Shown piece after piece: positions 59,787 to 64,000 of a DNA stretch of 64,000 nucleotides. Made by a program: the position numbers and the translations under genes. The notes beneath the pieces were generated by a model. It did no database searches, was not told the DNA's origin, and saw only the letters and a program-made list of their open reading frames with translations. The DNA is from Macrostomum hystrix (Eukaryota > Animalia > Platyhelminthes), in NCBI GenBank assembly GCA_950097015.1, contig CATNEN010000007.1, positions 10,912,001 to 10,976,000 of the forward strand, in the 5' to 3' direction. Position 1 is the stretch's first letter. Every line of letters starts with the position of its first letter.

Positions 59787-60168
59787 ATCTGACCCTCTGA
59801 GTCACAGTTCGCATGGGGGAGTCAACTGACCCTCTGAGCCACAGTTCGCATGGGGGAGTTAACTGACCCTCTGAGCCACAGTTGGCATGGGGGAGTCAAC
59901 TGACCCTCTGAGCCACAGTTGGCATGGGGGAGTCAACTGACCCTCTGAGCCACAGTTGGCATGGGGGAGTCAACTGACCCTCTGAGCCACAGTTGGCATG
60001 GGGGGTCAACTGACCACATCGAGACACATTTGGCATGGAGGGGTCAACTGACCCCGCTGAGTCACATTAGGCATGGGGGGTCAACTGACCCCACTGAGTC
60101 ACAGTTATCATGGGCGGTCAACTAACCCCTCTGAGTCACAGTTGGGATGGGGGAGTCAACTGAACCCC
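59787..60168. repeat. 37-bp minisatellite (CTGACCCTCTGAGCCACAGTTGGCATGGGGGAGTCAA), ~10 copies
   Basis: Direct inspection; lies between the convergent NIM1K and TDP2 3' ends. Confidence 0.92.
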
Positions 60169-60303
60169 TTACTCACTGATGGCTCGAGTTACAAATTAGC
60201 AAAAAATAGCCAGACTTGGACACCTGCTTAATTCTATTGTGAGCAGAAGACAAATGCAACGGCAGGCGCACAGAGTGAGGGAGGTGAGGAAGCGAGGCGA
60301 GGG

Positions 60304-61741
60304 TCAGCCAGGCAGCTGGAACAGGCCTACAATGGCCCAGTGATCGGATGGGAACAGCTGAGTGCCGGGCGCCAGCTCCAGGCCGGCCAGCTGAAAGTCA
60401 AGCGGCTCAGAGCGCCATGCCAGCGCGCGGTCGAAGCGGCAGCGGGCGCGGCCCATGTTCTGCGGGGTGGGGGCGGGCGAACGGCTGCTGTGCTCTGCGG
60501 TCTGCTCAGCCCTTTTTTTCCTGTAAATATCTCATGGAAACGCCCCTCGCTCACCTGAATATTACGATTGCGCGTGGCGTCCCAGGTGTACTGAGCCTCC
60601 GGCCGGGCGCCGCAATGGCTCCAGGAGTCACGGACTCCAGCTGGCAGGCCGCCGATCGCCTGCAGCTCGGAGTCGCGCAGGTTTAAATCGCCTGCCAGCA
60701 GGGCCGGCCCGGCCGACTCAGTCATGGTGCGCAGGGCCACGGCGAGCTGGCGCTTCCGCTCGGCTGCGAAGTCCTTGGTGGACTCCAGGTGCGTGTTCAG
60801 CAAAAGCACCTGCGGGTTGGGGCGCGGGCATGTAGTATGAATTAGGATTGGATGATAAAAATATTAGCTAACTATGATTGGATGAAAATTTGCTTAATTT
60901 TAATTGGACCTTGAAAGATTGTCGTATTCTGATTGGATGATAGATTTCGTGATTTTAATTGCTTGAAGGCTTGCCTGGCAGCCTTTCTGATTCTGATTCG
61001 ATGCAATCTTGAAATACTTTCGATATTTAGAGATATTTGGACAATGGCTTGTTAATTGAGCTACTCAGCCGCCTACCTCGGGTCCGCCGGCCCACCTGGC
61101 TCGGACAGCCAGCAGAGTGCGGTCCATGCGGGAGCCCTCGAAGCGGTGCAGGCTGGTTCCCAGCAGCTGCAGCTGGCTGCGGAGCAGCAGGGTGAAGGTG
61201 AAGTAGCGATCGTCGGGGTGCGCCCGGCCGTCCACAAACTCGTACCGGCTGTGCAGCAGGTGGCGCAGCAGGCCCAGCGTGTCCGGGGCGACCTCCTTCA
61301 AGACAATCAGGCGCAGGCGCTTAGCAAACAAAGGAAGACAAACCAAGGTCGGATGAATTCAAAGCGGCTCACCTGCAGGTGGAGCGCGTGCGGCTGGACC
61401 GCCTGCACCACGGTGATGGCAGCCCGCGTCCGCGCCTCCACCTTGTCGTCAGTCAAGCCGTCCAGATTCCAGGACATCAGACGCAGCCGACGCGCTTCGT
61501 CGCCAGACGCCGCCGCTGGCTGAGCGGTGGATGTCAGAGTGGGCGCCGCAGTGGCTGCCTCTCCTGGCACATCACCGAAGCAGCGCTCCAGGGCGGCCTC
61601 CAGGGACCAGCCATTGCTCTGCAGCATCATCAAGGCGAAGGCCGAGTCTGTGCCAGTGATCTCGGCGAACTGGTCGCAGAGTCGGCGACAAACTGGCTCT
61701 GGTGGGACATTGCCAGCGTCCTCATCGGGGCTGTCCACCTC
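60304..61741 (-). CDS. TDP2: Tyrosyl-DNA phosphodiesterase 2 (UBA-like plus EEP domain), 4 exons; start codon not located
   Basis: Exons 61741-61373, 61295-61077, 60809-60555 and 60459-60304, all phase 0. Motifs FAEITGTDSAFA, SWNLDGL, LQ|EV, THLES, GDLNLRD, TWDA, RFDR, PSDHWAI. Confidence 0.93.
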
Positions 61742-63536
61742 CTGCAGGCAGGTTAATAATTACTGAAAACTTAGCTACCTGAGACAAAAGTGCAGAGGTG
61801 TTTAGGAGCCTTAGACACAGGGAGAACCAAGGCAGGGAAAGGCAAATGGAAACAGAGTCCCAATGTGACCTGTTGCCAAATGCCAAGGACAGGTACCTAT
61901 TTCGCCATATAATTGAATAATTAAGTATTTAAATATTTTAGATAATGATGATTAATAATAACATATAGGGCCTAGCTAGGTAGCAATTGTTATTGATAAT
62001 AAAATAACACTGCTACTAGCAACATTTTATGGGTGAAACTAAAGTAGCAAACATTTAATCACAGTGTTGATTTCAACTACTTATATGGTCATGCATCTAG
62101 TTAGCTAGTCATTGAAAAAGAAAGTAGAACTGGTTAGCTAGAAGCTAGATAAACATAGCTAAAAGCAAAATGGCCAGCTATCTATAACTATAGGCCTAGG
62201 CTACTCACTACTGGTTAACCAGCTAACATGATACTAGCTAGCAGTTTATTGAGGAACAAAATATTAGCTAACAACTGATTTAACTGATCAATTACATTGG
62301 CCATCGATTTCAGTGATAGCTAGTCAAATATAGATTTGTCTAGATATACATACATTTATTCAGAAACAAGAAAATTAGATAACTTATAGCTTGTTTAGTT
62401 TATGTTGTAGTGCTTCTTTTACAATTGCACTTTTCTAGTAATTCAAACTCTCCTCATACTGTAAGTAATTGGCCTAAACTTCTGACTTATTGCCTGTCAA
62501 TCATTTTAGAGTGACATATACATTATACCACACCCCTGCTCGGGTGGACTTATGCAAACTACAGATAGTTTGGGTAGCGTGGCTCTTTGTCACGATATTT
62601 CTGGCCTCCTGCCAGTTATATTCTAGATATTAAATCTAGTTAGATCTGGAGACAATGCTCTCAGGTGATTCAGACAAGTTTTGTCAGGTAATTCAGGCTC
62701 TCTGGCCAGTCTGTACTCGGGCTTCCCCGGATCGGTTTCAACGGCTTCCACTTACTTTAGAAATAAGTAAGGCTTTTGTAAGATTGCTCACGAGGAGAAT
62801 TGAACTGTTTCTAATAATGGTCACGAAACGGTTAGCTATCTAATTGAAACTGGGCTGTATTTATAGTAATTTTTCCACGTACGCTGGATATATGCTCAGT
62901 ATAATTTTACATTTTAAACAAATCGAATAAGGCTAATATTACCAGTATACATACAGTATATTTTTCTAGCGCGGATTTAAATTTGACCCACAACATTTAG
63001 TTAGCTAGCTAGATGATAAATACTAAATAGCAAATAGCAGTGAAAAAGTTGTTTTTAGGCCTAGGCAGCGAGGCCTACCTGGCCTACAACATAAAAATCG
63101 AGCTATATTTCACTAAGCTATACTTGAATCACTTGATGCTATATTTAAAGCAAAATTAAATATAGCTAAGTGTAGTTAGCTTGCTACCTAGTCCTAAAAA
63201 CACAATAGCTAGCCCTATTCTTAGAAAGAATGCAGTTTGTTTTGCATATTAAAATCTAAAAAAAGTAACTCTTAGAAATTGAAGTGACTTCTTCACTTAT
63301 GTTAAGCAGCCTACTTCTAGTCTCCTATATTAATTAAACAAATATTTATATTATGGAGACAGACATGTAGCTAACAAGTTAACACTTAAATTCTCACTAT
63401 TTGTCAATGCAGACTTGCAATACAATGTGAGTCCCTAATGTCTGAAGTCCCTACAGTCATAATCATCATATTTGTAAATATGTCTAACGAGAAGCTACAG
63501 TTTTATCATAGGGCCTACAGGTGTCATGAATGATGA

Positions 63537-64000
63537 TCTATATATATAAAAGTGAAAACTCTGTGTGTGTGTCTGTGTGTGTGTGTGCAACCTTTTGTCT
63601 TTATAGACGCCGAAACCGCTCAACCAAATCGCACCAAACTTTGCACATACCTAAAACCACCTACGCTGAGTGCAATAGGCTACTCAAATTCCCGAAAAAT
63701 CATTTCCTTCCTGCTCAAAAGTGCAAAAAACTGCTCAAAAATCGTCAAAAAATCACTCAATTCGACATATCGTCGCCCCACTTTGTCAGATTTTCTCCAA
63801 ATTTGATCCACTTACACTTTACATGTTTTCCAACAATGCTGTCAATTTTGAACATCTCTACTCAATCCAGAGCAAAGCTGCATCATCTCAAAGTGAGTCA
63901 CTTTTTGTTTTCCGAGGACAGCCACCCCAACTCCCCTCCGCCACTCTGCGGGCCAAATTTTACAGTCTATGGCCGCGGGCTAGCCGGCCCCAGCTCATGC
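63537..64000 (+). mobile_element. Probable 5' part of a non-autonomous Helitron-like element
   Basis: A|TCTATATATATAAAA followed by a (TG)n/TCTG microsatellite and AAACCGCTCAACCAA..CACCAAACTTTGCACA, a layout typical of invertebrate Helitron 5' ends. 3' end not confirmed in the window. Confidence 0.55.

Noticed and set aside
10339-61741. A 'defence island' of RNase T2, MPP8, Syk and TDP2
   Set aside because: Only a thematic association; nothing in the sequence shows co-regulation.

Overview
Eukaryotic (metazoan) genomic DNA with GC-rich exons, AT-rich intergenic stretches and many intronic minisatellites. The style resembles a free-living flatworm such as Macrostomum (inference only). Genes recognised: an intronless DEG/ENaC channel (+), a 9-exon RNase T2 (-), two tandem MPP8-like chromodomain-ankyrin genes (-), a Syk/ZAP-70 kinase (-), a 60-aa basic microprotein starting with a histone H3 tail mimic (-), NIM1K (+) and TDP2 (-). 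Mobile DNA: a complete Ingi-like LINE (774-4910) with a target-site duplication (TSD), a (GAA)n tail and an HDV-like ribozyme at its exact 5' end, nested in a decayed RTE-like LINE; three MITEs with TSDs; tRNA-derived SINEs; a MULE transposase relic; and a probable Helitron end. The best candidate for a new system is the co-oriented cluster of an H3K9-mimic microprotein and two MPP8 (HUSH-type H3K9me reader) paralogues, one of which has a degenerate methyl-lysine cage. All coordinates and alignments were read by eye; no database search was run.
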